A stretch of 64,000 nt of DNA from Octopus sinensis (Eukaryota), in NCBI RefSeq assembly GCF_006345805.1, contig NC_043003.1, positions 55,056,001 through 55,120,000 of the forward strand. Reading direction: 5' to 3'. Numbering within the stretch: position 1 is the first letter of the stretch; each line of letters starts with the position of its first letter. This document shows, one piece after another, positions 13,875 to 26,358 of this stretch. The position numbers were made by a program, and so were the translations under genes. The notes under the pieces were generated by a model. It saw nothing but the letters and a program-made list of their open reading frames with translations. It did no database searches and was not told where the DNA came from.

Positions 13875-15140
13875 TACGCAAATACAAGGGAATCTTAAAT
13901 TAATGAGTTGGTTACTGCTGATTTCATAGTCATGATCTTTCATTTCTTGTTTTTTTCTTAATCATAAAATATATATCTGCAAAAACAAAAAAAAAGCACC
14001 ACTGCTAAACATTTGCTTCCGTTAAGCTATGTAATCAAGTTATTCTACCCTCAATGTCAACACTTAGCAAACAGTGCTTTTGCTTGCTTTTAGGGAACCA
14101 AAAATATTTTTCTTAAAAAAGGATAAATAGCCAACAGAGAAAGGAGCAGCATATAGTGAAAAGAAAAGGATGTTTGGGATGTGCGCACAGAAAATAACCA
14201 AAGGGAATATTTGAGATATTTGTTATTATATATTGCTCTCATCGAGCGAAGAAGGTGCTTCCGAATTGAATAACGTCTGCCTTTTGCCAAACCACGGAAC
14301 GTGTGTTTAAATAGAAGTCGTAACTATGAACGTTTCTGAGGATAATCCCATTCTGTATTGTATGGAGATCAAACTCTTTGCTTCCTGCTTTAGAGTCCTG
14401 ATATTTCTAGAATGTTCCGGTTAAATACTATATTCCCTCTCTTTTTTCTTAAATTTCCAGATGTGTTTGTTCGGTTTTGTGGCTCTTTCTTTATCTTCAG
14501 AAAGGAAGATACATGATTATAAAAACTTGCCATAAATTTACTTTCTATCACGAATACGTAATATTGAAGCGTTACTTCTTCCATGGTTCTACAGAGGTGA
14601 TTCCACCATATAAATTATTGCTTCTGTGTCATAGAATTTCAAAGATGGTCAAGTGTTAGGGTTCCTGCATTAGCATTTGCCTTCGATTCTGTTATTGAGT
14701 ATGAATATTTTATTACTTTTTTTATTCATGGCATAAAGATAGATAAATTTTCAGGTTTGCTTGTTAGATATAGTTGCAACATGCGCATAAAAATAATATA
14801 TAATAGGCATTTTTACAAAATATTTCTCATGATTCTCCATAAATTGTATAGATATGCTTGTATAAAAACACAGAGATCGTGAAACAAATAATAGCTCACC
14901 TGACTAGCTACCTCGTGTTGTTCATAACACATCTTTGCATTGAGTTCATATGTATATGAAAGTAGGAATGAATGAATACAAATATATATATGTATGAATA
15001 TAAGTATCTATATATGTATGTGTATATATGTATGTATGTACGTGTGGGTATATATGTATGTATGACTAGCTATCTGTTGTTTATAAATACAAATATTTTA
15101 TTACACATCTATGCACAGAGTTCTGGTGTACAAGCGTATG

Positions 15141-15180
<40 letters not shown>

Positions 15181-15224
15181 CGTGTGTATATATATGTATC
15201 TATAAATTTGATAACTGTTATAGG

Positions 15225-16022
15225 TTTCGGCCAGTATAGGCCCAGGCCATGTCTAAATTAATAGCACAACCTTGTGAAAACTTTTATTCATATATGGGGC
15301 TCGACGGCCCACTCTAGCAAAGAGTTATTATTGTTGCAGATATATCCGGGTTGAGGTGATTATTCCGGTATTTCTAGAAGAAATTTGTCCAGTGAACATA
15401 TGTATTTTATGGTATCCGTTTCCCTTTTGACGTATTTTGTTCTGGTATTAAAGAGAGCTGGACCAGTTGAGGTAAAGTAATTCTGACGTAATGTTGCTAT
15501 GTCTACCGAGTTCGATTTTTGTAGTGGGCGGATAGCACGGGAGATAAGTCTTGGGCGGATTTCAAAATTGATGCCAACATCATTTCTGGAATATTGATGG
15601 AATATTTTCCACATGATACAAATGATATAGGTCTCCCGGCGGCATTGGAGAGAGTAGAGATTGAGCGTTTTAGTCGACCGTGATAATCAATGCCTCCCAT
15701 GCCACCTATCTTTCTTGTTATTGACTTCTGGAGTGCTTCTATGGGGGGGCCACAGTGGGCATCAGTATCCAAGGTGGAGTAAGGCAAAAGTAGAGTAGAG
15801 AAGGATGATGTTGTAGGCATCTCTAGGCCGGAAAGTTCTCAGAATCCAGGAGCACATCAGCCTTGTTGCTTGCGTGGAAACTCCAGCTTAGACTATTATC
15901 TACAATGACTCCAAGGTCCCTGGTGTTGTTGGATGACACTAGAGAGTAGCCCAAGGGAAGAGCATATGGTAATTTCAGAGTTTTCTCTTTTCCAAAGTGG
16001 ATCATATCAAACTTATCTTCGT
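15225..16022 (-). mobile_element. 5'-truncated CR1/L2-type LINE relic (post-RT region and C-terminus)
   Basis: EDKFDMIHFGK...RDLGVIVDNSLSW; IEALQKSITRKIGGMGGIDY; NYFTSTGPALFN...LDKFLLEIPE, with frameshifts. Confidence 0.85.
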
Positions 16023-16027
16023 TTAAA

Positions 16028-16106
<79 letters not shown>

Positions 16107-16196
16107 GTGTGTGTGTGTGTGTGTGGATAGAGAGATAAATAGATTGATAGATAGAAAGATATATATATATAAACACACACATATATACATGCACAT

Positions 16197-16234
<38 letters not shown>

Positions 16235-17134
16235 GTGTGTGTGTGTATGTATTTGCATATGTATGTATGCATGTATATACATATACATATATATATATAT
16301 TCACACACATACACACGCATATATAAGTATCATAGAGTTGTGTGTTTATACATACATACGTACGTACATAATAATACATATATACGTACATACATATATG
16401 CATACATACATACACACCTTCATGGATATTTTAAATATATTGCGTATGGGGGACCCCTAGATGTTTTCACACCATCCTTCCCGGAAAGAGAGATTCTAAT
16501 GTAAAATCTGTATCACGTGATTACTTTTCATCTCGCTTTGCCCATTGCTATATAACTCGTAATACTCGTGTTGTACGATGTTTATCACTATATTACAATT
16601 TACGTATAAATGTCTCTTTATGGTGAATGGTGACCTCATTTGTCATTCCATTTACTGAAAGTACTTTAGCGTTGTATAAATGAGAATATGTGCAGAACTA
16701 ACCTATTGGACGTGCACGATATTATACGACTCTCGTCTTTTACCTATGCTTGAAACCACGTAGATCTGCAACAGGACTAAATAGCCATCAGAGAGGTCAT
16801 GGACAGAGAGTCAGAAATGTCATTGAGAGCAAGGAATCCCAATATGGAACAGCCATCATATACGTATGTATTCTTTTACTCTTTTTTTTTACTTGTTTCA
16901 GTTATTTGCGTGCGGACATGATGGAGCACCGTCCTTAGTCATACAAATCGACACCAGGACTTATTCTTTCTAAGCCTAGCACTTACTCTGCTGTTCCCTT
17001 TTGCCGAACTGCTAAGTTATGGTGGACGTAAACGCATCAACATCGATTGTCAGGCGATGGCGGGGGGACAGACAGACACATAGACAGACAGACACATAGA
17101 CAGACAGACATACATACACACACACACACACACA

Positions 17135-17247
<113 letters not shown>

Positions 17248-17249
17248 TA

Positions 17250-17555
17250 TATACATATATGATCTTGGTTCAGTGGTTAGAGCGTTGAGCTTACGTTCGT
17301 GAGGTTGTGAGTTCGAATCTTGGACCGGGCTGCGTGTTGTGTTCTTCAGCAAGACACTCACCTGAAGAAATGAGTTGCGACGTCACTGGTGCCAAACTGT
17401 ATCGGCCTTTGCCTTTCCCTTGGATAACACTGGTTGTGTGGAGATGGGATGCCAGTATGCATGGGTGACTGATGGTCTTCCATAAACAATCTTGCCCGGA
17501 TTTGTGCCTGGGAGGGTAACTTTCTAGGTTCAATCCCATGATCAGTAATAACCGG
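17250..17555 (+). mobile_element. tRNA-derived SINE family D (CORE-like)
   Basis: ggttcagtggttagagcg...gagttcgaatc B box; gtgttcttcagcaagacac. Confidence 0.75.
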
Positions 17556-17579
17556 AGTGTGTCTCAGCATAGTGTGTGA

Positions 17580-17935
17580 GTGGAGGCGCAGTAGTTAGAG
17601 CAGCGGACTGGTGGTCGTGAGATCGCAGTTTCGATTCCCAGACCGGGCGTTGTGAGTGTTTATTGAGCGAAAACACCTATAAGCTCCACGAGGCTAAGGC
17701 AGGGGGTGGTGGCGAACGCTGCTGTACTCTTTCCCCACAACTTTCTCTCACTCATTCTTCATGTTGCTGTTGTACCTGGATTTCAAAGGACTAGCTTCCT
17801 CACACACTGTGTCATGCTGTATCTCCCCGAGAACTATATGTCTGTAGATTGCTCAGCCACTTACACGCTAATTTCACGGGCAGGGTGTTCCGTTGATCGT
17901 TCCCTCGTCGTCGTAACCGACAGAGGGCCACGACA
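17580..17935 (+). mobile_element. tRNA-derived SINE family C
   Basis: gtggaggcgcagtagttagagcagcggact...tttcgattcccagaccgggcgttgtgagtg. Confidence 0.8.
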
Positions 17936-18559
17936 CTCCCCACCCAATATATATATATATATATATATATACGACGGGTTTCTTTCAGTTTCCATCGATA
18001 AGATCCACTCACAAGGCTTTGCTCGGCCCGAGGCTATAGCAGAAGACAGCTCCCAAAAGTGCCACGCAGTGGCACAGAACCTGGATCCAGGTGGCTGGAA
18101 AGTAAGCTTCTTGTCACACAGCAGCTCCTGCGCTTATACATACAAGTATACAAATAAACTAACATAAATGTCAATATTCTATAGAATGTCGATATATTCG
18201 TTGCCTCATTTTCTGCATGAATTCTTATCGTTGACGCGTTTTGAAGTAGATACTGAGGGCTTATACTGTTTAAGTAGTAAATGTCATATTGTTTCAAATT
18301 TGGATATATGAAAATCTATCATGAGATAAAACATTGAACTGGGATATATCATAACCTTCAATACTTGCACACATACATTAATGCAGACCAACAGGCACAC
18401 AAGATCACTCTATCGAAGGTACAGTAAAAACAAGAAAATATTAACACAACAAGTAGAAAAGAATTGGAAAAAAATATGTGTGAAAAAACGATAAGTTCAA
18501 TACAAAGCTGAATGGTTATGCGAATTAGAGTAGGGATACTGCGACCATGTTGAACAAAA

Positions 18560-19650
18560 AATTTATAATGTCGACAATAAGCTTATAACTTGTCTTGACA
18601 AACATATCAGAATGGAAATCCCAGGCCCAGATATTTTATCAATGGGATTTAATAAAACTTTATAGAAGAGTATGTAGGGCACGTTAAGCATGTTCACATG
18701 ACTATTAGTAACCAGTATCTCTCCCATCCGACAAAAGAGCAAAATCACCATATTTACCACCTAATAGTCTACCAGAATATCACATATAAAATGTACACTA
18801 CTTGACTTCGTCTGTTTCCCTAAGACCATTTTACTACTAACAGTATAGCTTAGGAACATACAGGGGAAAGTAGGAAGGGTGGTAATGTACTGAGCACCAA
18901 GTAATTAGTAAAATGACATAGGACAGAATACAAAAGAAATATGGTATGGCTGATAGCATACAACTTGGGTGGATTATCAAAGTTATGTTATTCATGAAAG
19001 CTCCACCACCACCACCACCACCACCACCACCACCACCACAAGTAGCTTTAATTCACCGTCTAAATAAAAACCGGCGCACTTACTCTTAGATGTGATAACG
19101 AGGATATTAAATCTGACGGAAAACGCTATCGAAACAGTATACTTCAGCACACTTAATAGTTTGTCATTATTATTTCTTCCACTCACATGAAATCTCTTAT
19201 CATATCTGTTAACCAAACATAGGAGCTACAAGAAAGTAACCTGTAAGGACCCTAACCTTTATATATCTACCTATTCATTATTGAATTCTAACCTCTATTT
19301 ATTTATTCATTTATTATTGGATTGAAGCTGTATGGACCATGTAGTAACCACATTCTCTAACCCCATTCTTTAAACACATTGTCAGGAAATTTAGTGGATC
19401 AAAATGTGCTGTTTTGTTAATAAAACGTGAAGAACATGTAAAATACTTCGATATGAAGTGGAACGTCGTCTCTTACAATGACAAGGCTTCCAGGTGACAC
19501 AACCAACGAAAGATCTAGCTCGTGAAATGAATGTGCTACTGGTTGAGCACGCCACAAAGGCAGATACAGCGTGACATAGAATGTGAGACATCTTTACGCT
19601 GGATTTTAAAACACTTGAATCCATAGACAGCGAAACAACTCGCCCCCGAT
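18560..19650 (+). pseudogene. Highly degraded non-LTR reverse transcriptase relic, interrupted
   Basis: IPGPD..GFNKTL (~18620-18660) and QGFQ..TKDLA...IFTLDFKTLESID (~19490-19630) resemble RT domains 0-3; many stops. Confidence 0.4.
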
Positions 19651-19869
19651 CCTATTTAGAAGTGATGGATACCAATGTTTCGCCATATTTTGGGGATTAT
19701 CAAAATTACGTACCCAACATAATGAGGGAGTCGTCCACAGATCACTATGCAGCAGCGAACAGGTGAACTAGCAAAACATTGACCATGTGCAGTTGATAAT
19801 GTATATATGTGTGTGTGTGTGTGTGGAGGACTGTGTTTATGCATATATATATAAATATATAAATATATA

Positions 19870-20050
19870 GTTGAAATTTATAGGAAAAAAAAGACGAAGA
19901 CAAGTCCATAAACAACAAGCAGGTGTATTAGTTTGACGCTCGGAAAGGTGAGGATGTCTTTTACGTTTCGAGCCTACGCTCTTCTACAGAAAGGAACACG
20001 AGGAAATAAATAGAGGGAAAAAAAACTTGTGGAATTAGCAGTCAATCATG
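19870..20050 (-). mobile_element. PLE-type terminal repeat fragment with HHR-like motif, ending in (TA)n
   Basis: 19958-19993: CUUU-CUGUAGA-A-GAGC guag GCUC-GAAA-CG-UA-AAAG (A6U change); 3' end ...tttcaac(ta)n. Confidence 0.65.
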
Positions 20051-20674
20051 ATATATGTATAAGAGAAGCACCCGTCATTCTTCGAACGCAGAATCTATCG
20101 CTAGTTAAGAAATTTTCAGAAGTGGTGGTTTTTTCAAGTAAATATAAAATTTACACAACATTGTTTTCACTTTAGTGACTCTGTTAAGAATTTTATCATT
20201 TAGTGACTCCGTTTAGACTAAGATACATTTTGAAGCAAACATTTATTCAATGTCATGAATATTTTATTGGAATATATATAATTTTCCTTCTTCCCTTACC
20301 TATCTATTCTATATAAAGGAAACTTAAATTCCTGTACTTGTCATTGTCAACTCAACTCGCAAATTTAAAACCTGTTACATGGAAGAAGAAGGAGTTGTTA
20401 AATCATCGGTATTATATCTTTATTTTCACCAGCAATTAACCTCTTGAAACAGCCATTGGCATCCTAATTTTACCACTTTCAAACATTCTGACTTTTTTTA
20501 CAACTTTCCTCCTCATATATTTTATTTCGCTTTCGTCACTACTTCAGACCTTCTTCACGTATATTTACGTATACGTGGATTTTTAAAATATAGTAATGTC
20601 TACATCTAAATTTTTAAAAAATCTATTATATTACATATATTTTTAATATATTTAGTTAATTATATGTTTAAATA

Positions 20675-20739
<65 letters not shown>

Positions 20740-21016
20740 GTGGGGTGTATGTAGAGTCTTGAGCCTCAAAAAAAAAACAGAATATGGTACAAGACTTTAA
20801 GGCTCAACATTTTGATACACCCCTCGTATATATATATAACAGGGAAATAAAACAAGGTAGAAAATGCATATATATATTAACTCGTGTGTTACTTTTCAAC
20901 CTCCTACACACACACACACACACCACATTCAAACGCAGATGTATGTAAGTATATAAATATCTATTTATACACACACATACACGCAGATACAATTACACAT
21001 TAACACACACGCACAC

Positions 21017-21072
<56 letters not shown>

Positions 21073-21076
<4 letters not shown>

Positions 21077-22922
21077 AAAAAATGAAGTTCGAAAATGCTG
21101 CTATATTATACAATTTTTAATTTTTATATATACATTATAACATGTTTCAGTTCCTGAAATGAACCTTAACAAAAAAAGTTATATATAAAAAAAGACAGCT
21201 CATGCCGTCAAACACAAGAAATTCATTTATAATACACAACGGAGTCAGACATCTTAGAGTTCATGTATAGTTGATATATAGTTTGAAGTAAGTTCATTCA
21301 TGCTATATATTCAAAGTGTTCGATGCAGTGGCCCACGGTGGCGATACGTATTCAATACAAAAAACAGATCAAAGTGGTGGAAAGCAGTCAATACAGAAGA
21401 TTGATGTTTCCGAAAGAGCGAGGAATTCATTTTTACCTTAAGCAATTGTGATGACCCATGGTGGGTGTTCGCTGGGTGGTTCTAGTGAGTTTTGTGAAGT
21501 GCTCGGTTTTATAATGCCTGTTAGGTGGTCAATCCAGCGTAGCGTGACGTCATCAACGTTTTGACCAATCGTTTCGTTAGGTGGCTTTAGTCAAGCAGAA
21601 CGGGACGTCATCATCATTTTGACCAATCGCTGCATTATAACTGCCTCTTGTTTGTTTCCTGTTTTGACCAGTCGCTTCGTTAGTCAAGCAGAACGGGACG
21701 TCATCCAGATTCTGCCCAATCACGACTTATAGCTACATTAGATCTGCCCCCTGTCTGTACTTGTTAGGTGACTAGTCAAGCAGAAAAGGACGTCATCAAT
21801 ATTCTGACTAATGACTGTCCCCTGTTTGTATCCTGTCCATTCTAGCAGAGCTAGACGTCATCAACTTGTTGACCAATCAGAATCGGGTCTGACCCTTAGC
21901 TGTATCGTATGTGTCAGGGTCAGATTTGCACGAAAGAATTTTTTTCCCTTTTTTACTAAGGCATATTTCCGTCAGAGCGAGTGTCTGTTTAAGGTAGCGG
22001 CCGTGGTGGAATTTTGCTTCTCCTTTTCGGAGGACTTATCTTTTGTTTTAGTATTCCTGGCCCAGGGTGTTTAAACTTGGTCTAAATTTTTTTATGAAAT
22101 ATAGTTCTTTATTTTGGCGTTGTGTGAAGGTTGCGTTGTCACTGAATTTATAGAGCGGGTTAGTTGTAAATTTCGGATTTACATTTCCAGCACATCAATC
22201 TATGTGTCCGCTGACCGGTATTTTGCGGTAATCAGGGTTTCTAATTTGTGATTTATGCACCGCCATCCTGTTACGTAAGCTATTTTTTGTATGGCCTATA
22301 TACTGCCTATTGCAGCCTGCGTATGTTATGACGTAAATTAAGTTTTCTGATGCGCAGGTGAAGTTTGTTCTAATGGTGAACTGGTGGCCTTGTTCCAGTA
22401 TAAATTCTGATCCTTCTTTCAAGATGACACAGATTCCGCAGTTGGGCCTTCCACATTTTTTAACTGCTGGTTTTGTGGTTGATGTTGAGTGCAGTGTAGC
22501 TTGGGTTAAAATCCTTTTCAGGATTTTGGTTGCCGTTTACTTTTAATGATGGTGTGTGTTTCGAGGATCCGGTTCATCTTTGGTCTCCCTTAGTAGGGCT
22601 GTGCTTTGTAGTATGGTGTTGAAGGCCTCATTGTTGAGTGGGTTGTGTGTAGAGATGTAGGGAAGGGTTTTTAATTGTTCTTTCTTTTTTGGTTTTGTTT
22701 GTCTCAGGTCTTCTATACTTAATTTAAGTACCGTTGGATTGCACTGTCTATTAGGGGCTGTGGATAGTTTCTATTTGTGAGTGTGGTTCTAAGTTCCTGG
22801 AGACGTGTGTGTCGGGTGTTTGTGTCTGATATTATGGTGCAAATCCTTCTAGCTAAACAAAAGGGGACATTCATTCTAGTGTGTCGTGGGTGGCATGAAT
22901 CAAAGGGTTGGTACTGTTTAGA
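21073..22922 (-). mobile_element. 5'-truncated Penelope-like element (Neptune-like: thumb, Cys linker, GIY-YIG) with long 3' region, flanked by (TA)n
   Basis: QYQPFDSCHPRHTRMNVPFCLARRICTIIS (thumb); KCGRPNCGIC linker; NFTCASENLIYVITYAGCNRQYIGHT...RMAVHK (GIY-YIG); frameshifted. Confidence 0.9.
21546..21878. promoter_or_regulatory. Array of five GACGTCATC-N8-GACCAATC composite CRE-like/CCAAT motifs
   Basis: Units at 21546, 21604, 21697, 21789, 21854; boxes conserved, 8-nt spacers differ in sequence. Confidence 0.6.
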
Positions 22923-23194
22923 GTATATATATATATATATATATTGCAAACATGTATGACTACACGCGTAGAGGCACACGCATTCACACTTAAATACATA
23001 CGATACATTAATTCATACATATGCATACATACATAAATACATAAATGCATACGTACAACAATGCATGCAGAAAATTACAACAAATTATAGAAAATTATAG
23101 AAAATTTACAGAAAATAACAGAATTACAGAAAAAATATGTGCATATACGAATACATCCATACATACACACGCACACACACACACATACATATAA

Positions 23195-23242
<48 letters not shown>

Positions 23243-23820
23243 ATTATTTTAAAAGACAGCTAGATATCTAGACGCTCATACATATACATGCACACTCACA
23301 CGCACACACAAACACACACACACACATATATATACAAGCATACCAATAAACATATACTACACGTGTAAATTGCTTGTAGGTTCAGGTAAATTGTTAAAAT
23401 TTATAACATACTTTGATGTTCTATTGTTGCCTTGGTGATGCAATGATACTCTGGTTCTCCAACAGAGAAATGCACTGAAAAACCCTTTAATGGTTTTGCC
23501 TTTGACATTTCACCATACTTGAAACAGACTTACCAATTCGATTGTCCTCTTGTCATTTATCTCCCCATTTTCTGATATATTTCTCTTTCTCTCCATCCTG
23601 TTTTATCAATGTAGACGTAGCATCTGTGTGTTTGAGTGCAGCCGTCAGTGTATCACTTTCCCCTCTTTCTAACATTCAACTCTTTGTCACTCCTAATGTT
23701 AATCACTCGCAATATATATATATACGTTTCCTCTTTAATTCTCCATTTCATATCAGTTGTCATAATGTCTCCCCTACTCAGACATGTCTTTCCTAGCTCG
23801 TTATTTCATTAACAGACTTT

Positions 23821-23860
<40 letters not shown>

Positions 23861-23964
23861 CTCTCTCTCTCTCTCTCTCTTTCCATCTCGCTTTTGTATA
23901 TATATGTATATATATACATAAGTATATGTACATACTTACATGTATACTATATACATATACTATA

Positions 23965-24312
23965 TACTGCGTGGAACCTTGGGCAAGTGTCTTCTACTAT
24001 AGCCTCGGGCCGACCAAAGCCTTGTGAGTGGATTTGGTAGACGGAAACTGAAAGAAGCCCGTCGTATATATGTATATATTTATATATATGCGTGTGTGTG
24101 TTTGTGTGTCTGTGTTTGTCCCCCCTAGCATTGCTTGACAACCGATGCTGGTTTGTTTATGTCCCCGTTACTTAGCGGTTCGGCAAAAGAGACCGATAGA
24201 ATAAGTACTTGGCTTACAAAAGAATAAGTCCCGGGGTCGAGTTGCTCGATTAAAGGCGGTGCTCCAGCATGGCCGCAGTCAAATGACTGAAACAAGTAGA
24301 AGAGTAAAAGAG
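23965..24312 (+). mobile_element. SINE family A, 5'-truncated
   Basis: ccttgggcaagtgtcttctactatagcctcggg...gactgaaacaagtagaagag. Confidence 0.9.
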
Positions 24313-24729
24313 TATATGCGTATGTGGGCATAGAACGTCACAAAACATAAACAACAAAAGTTACGAAGTGCGAGGACATGGAGTAAGGAGGTTATTTTTG
24401 CAAGCAACGAAAGTAGCAAATGGAAAACAAGACAAGGAACACAAGGAACGACCCTTCATCAATTGTCTGCTGTTTTTTCTAATCCGTATTTCGAGCAAAT
24501 CATGACAAGATACGCCTTCGATAAAACAGTTGCTCCCGCAAAGCAAATTAAATAAAACCTGCGATCTTGCGGAGGGTCAAGATTGGTGACAAAAACATAT
24601 GTATATAAAGGTAGTAGTTATCGCTACTTCAGCAAAGATGTTCTCTAAGAGATGTCGATACTGCTGTTTTTACCGCAGGAAGGCACACACACACGCACAC
24701 ACACACACACACACCACACACACACACAT

Positions 24730-24816
<87 letters not shown>

Positions 24817-24852
24817 TTTGAAGTTTTGGAGATGATGTACAAGTATTATATA

Positions 24853-25158
24853 TTAGAAGAAATGAGGTAATCAGAAGATCGGATGGTTCATATTTATAGA
24901 TATTTATTTATATATTACATTTTTTACATATATATATCATATCATTCAGATCATATCATTCAGATTATTAGCGCTTTCTCCCATTCTAGTGGGGTTTTCA
25001 AATCAAACCCGACTAGAATTGGGAGAAAGCGCTAATAATCTGAATGATATGATCTGAATGATATGATCAGAATGATATGATATATATATGTAAAAAGTGT
25101 AATATATAAATAAATATCTATAAATATGAACCATCCGATCTTCTGATTACCTCATTTC

Positions 25159-25164
<6 letters not shown>
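24853..25164. repeat. ~310-bp near-perfect palindrome between (TA)n tracts
   Basis: Arms of ~150 bp; loop tcaaatc at 24998-25004; a 14-bp subrepeat is present 2x in the left arm and 3x in the right. Confidence 0.97.
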
Positions 25165-25219
<55 letters not shown>

Positions 25220-25279
25220 CATACACACATATGTAGCTCACTATTTATCTCACCTTGTTGTCGAACCCAGTAGGAGCTG

Positions 25280-25440
25280 AAATTTGAACACCCCAGTGCG
25301 TAACTGGTACATGTATTATCGACCTCAAAAGGATGAGGAGCAAGCTCGAAATCGGCGGCATTTTAAGTGAGAGTGTAAAGACAGGCGAAATTAATAGAAG
25401 CGCCCAAAATACAGTGACGAAAACAAAGCGACACCGCTTG
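25280..25440 (-). mobile_element. Degenerate SINE family B
   Basis: ccccagtgcgtaactggtacatgtattatcgacctcaaaaggatg. Confidence 0.6.
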
Positions 25441-25979
25441 TGAAGTGGTGTGTGTGTGGAAGGGGACATGGCCATAAGCATACATGCACACAATACACAC
25501 ATATGTGCATGCATACATACATATATACACGTAGTCATAGAGACACACATCGCGCGAGCACACACAGACACACACACAGACTCGAGCTACAAATTTTGCA
25601 GCCTGAGTTTCTCAGGTTACTCGAATGCTGACGTTGTCACGCTTCCGTTAGGGGCCTGTAAACCTTGAGGTAGCAAGGAAACGAATAAAAATGGTTTGAA
25701 TAACGTATATATATGTATAGGACAAACTTCCAGATAGTTTCTGTTCTCCAAGGCATTGGTCGGCTTGGGGCTATACTAGAAGGTATTCCCATCAGCACTT
25801 CTCAAAGTTATTCTTTATCTTGCAGCAAATTGAGGTGCTTATCATTGTATGTGTTAACGTGTTCACCTCTATGTGAACGAGAGAAGCGAAAGGTTATATT
25901 TCTTCCAGGCCTCTGAATATACTGGAATTAGCAGCTAAATCGCTACTCTAATCTGGTTCTGACAGAAAAAACAAATAGA

Positions 25980-26358
25980 GTAGCTGTGTGGTACGTGGCT
26001 TGTTTACCAACCACATGGTTCTGGGTTCAGTGCCACTGCGTAGTACCATGGGAAACTGTCTTCTACTATAGCCTCGGCCCGACTAAAGAATTGCGATTGG
26101 ATTTGGTAGAGGGGAAACTGAAAGAAGCCCGTCGTATATATGTATATATGTATGTATGTGTATTTATATGTTTGTCCCCCCAACATCGCTTGACAACAGA
26201 CGGTGGTGTGTTTACGCCCCCGTAACTTAGCGGTTAGGGAAAAGAGACTGATAGAATAAGTACTAGGCTTACAAAGAATAAGTTCTGGGGTCGATGTGTT
26301 CGACTAAAGGCGGTACTCCAGTATGGCCGCAGCCAAATGACTGAAACAAGTAAAAGAA
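25980..26358 (+). mobile_element. SINE family A
   Basis: gctgtgtggtacgtggcttg...gggttcagtgcc...gactgaaacaagtaaaag. Confidence 0.9.

Noticed and set aside
20520-20562. GTGAAGA-AG-GTC..GAC-GAAAGC on the minus strand
   Set aside because: Only 3-bp stem II, G3.G8 mismatch and no NUH site
21134-21176. HHR relic at the 3' end of the 21073-22922 PLE (UUGUUAA-GGUUC..GAACU-GAAA-CAUG-UU)
   Set aside because: Position fits, but A6 is changed and stem I is unpaired; kept only as supporting context
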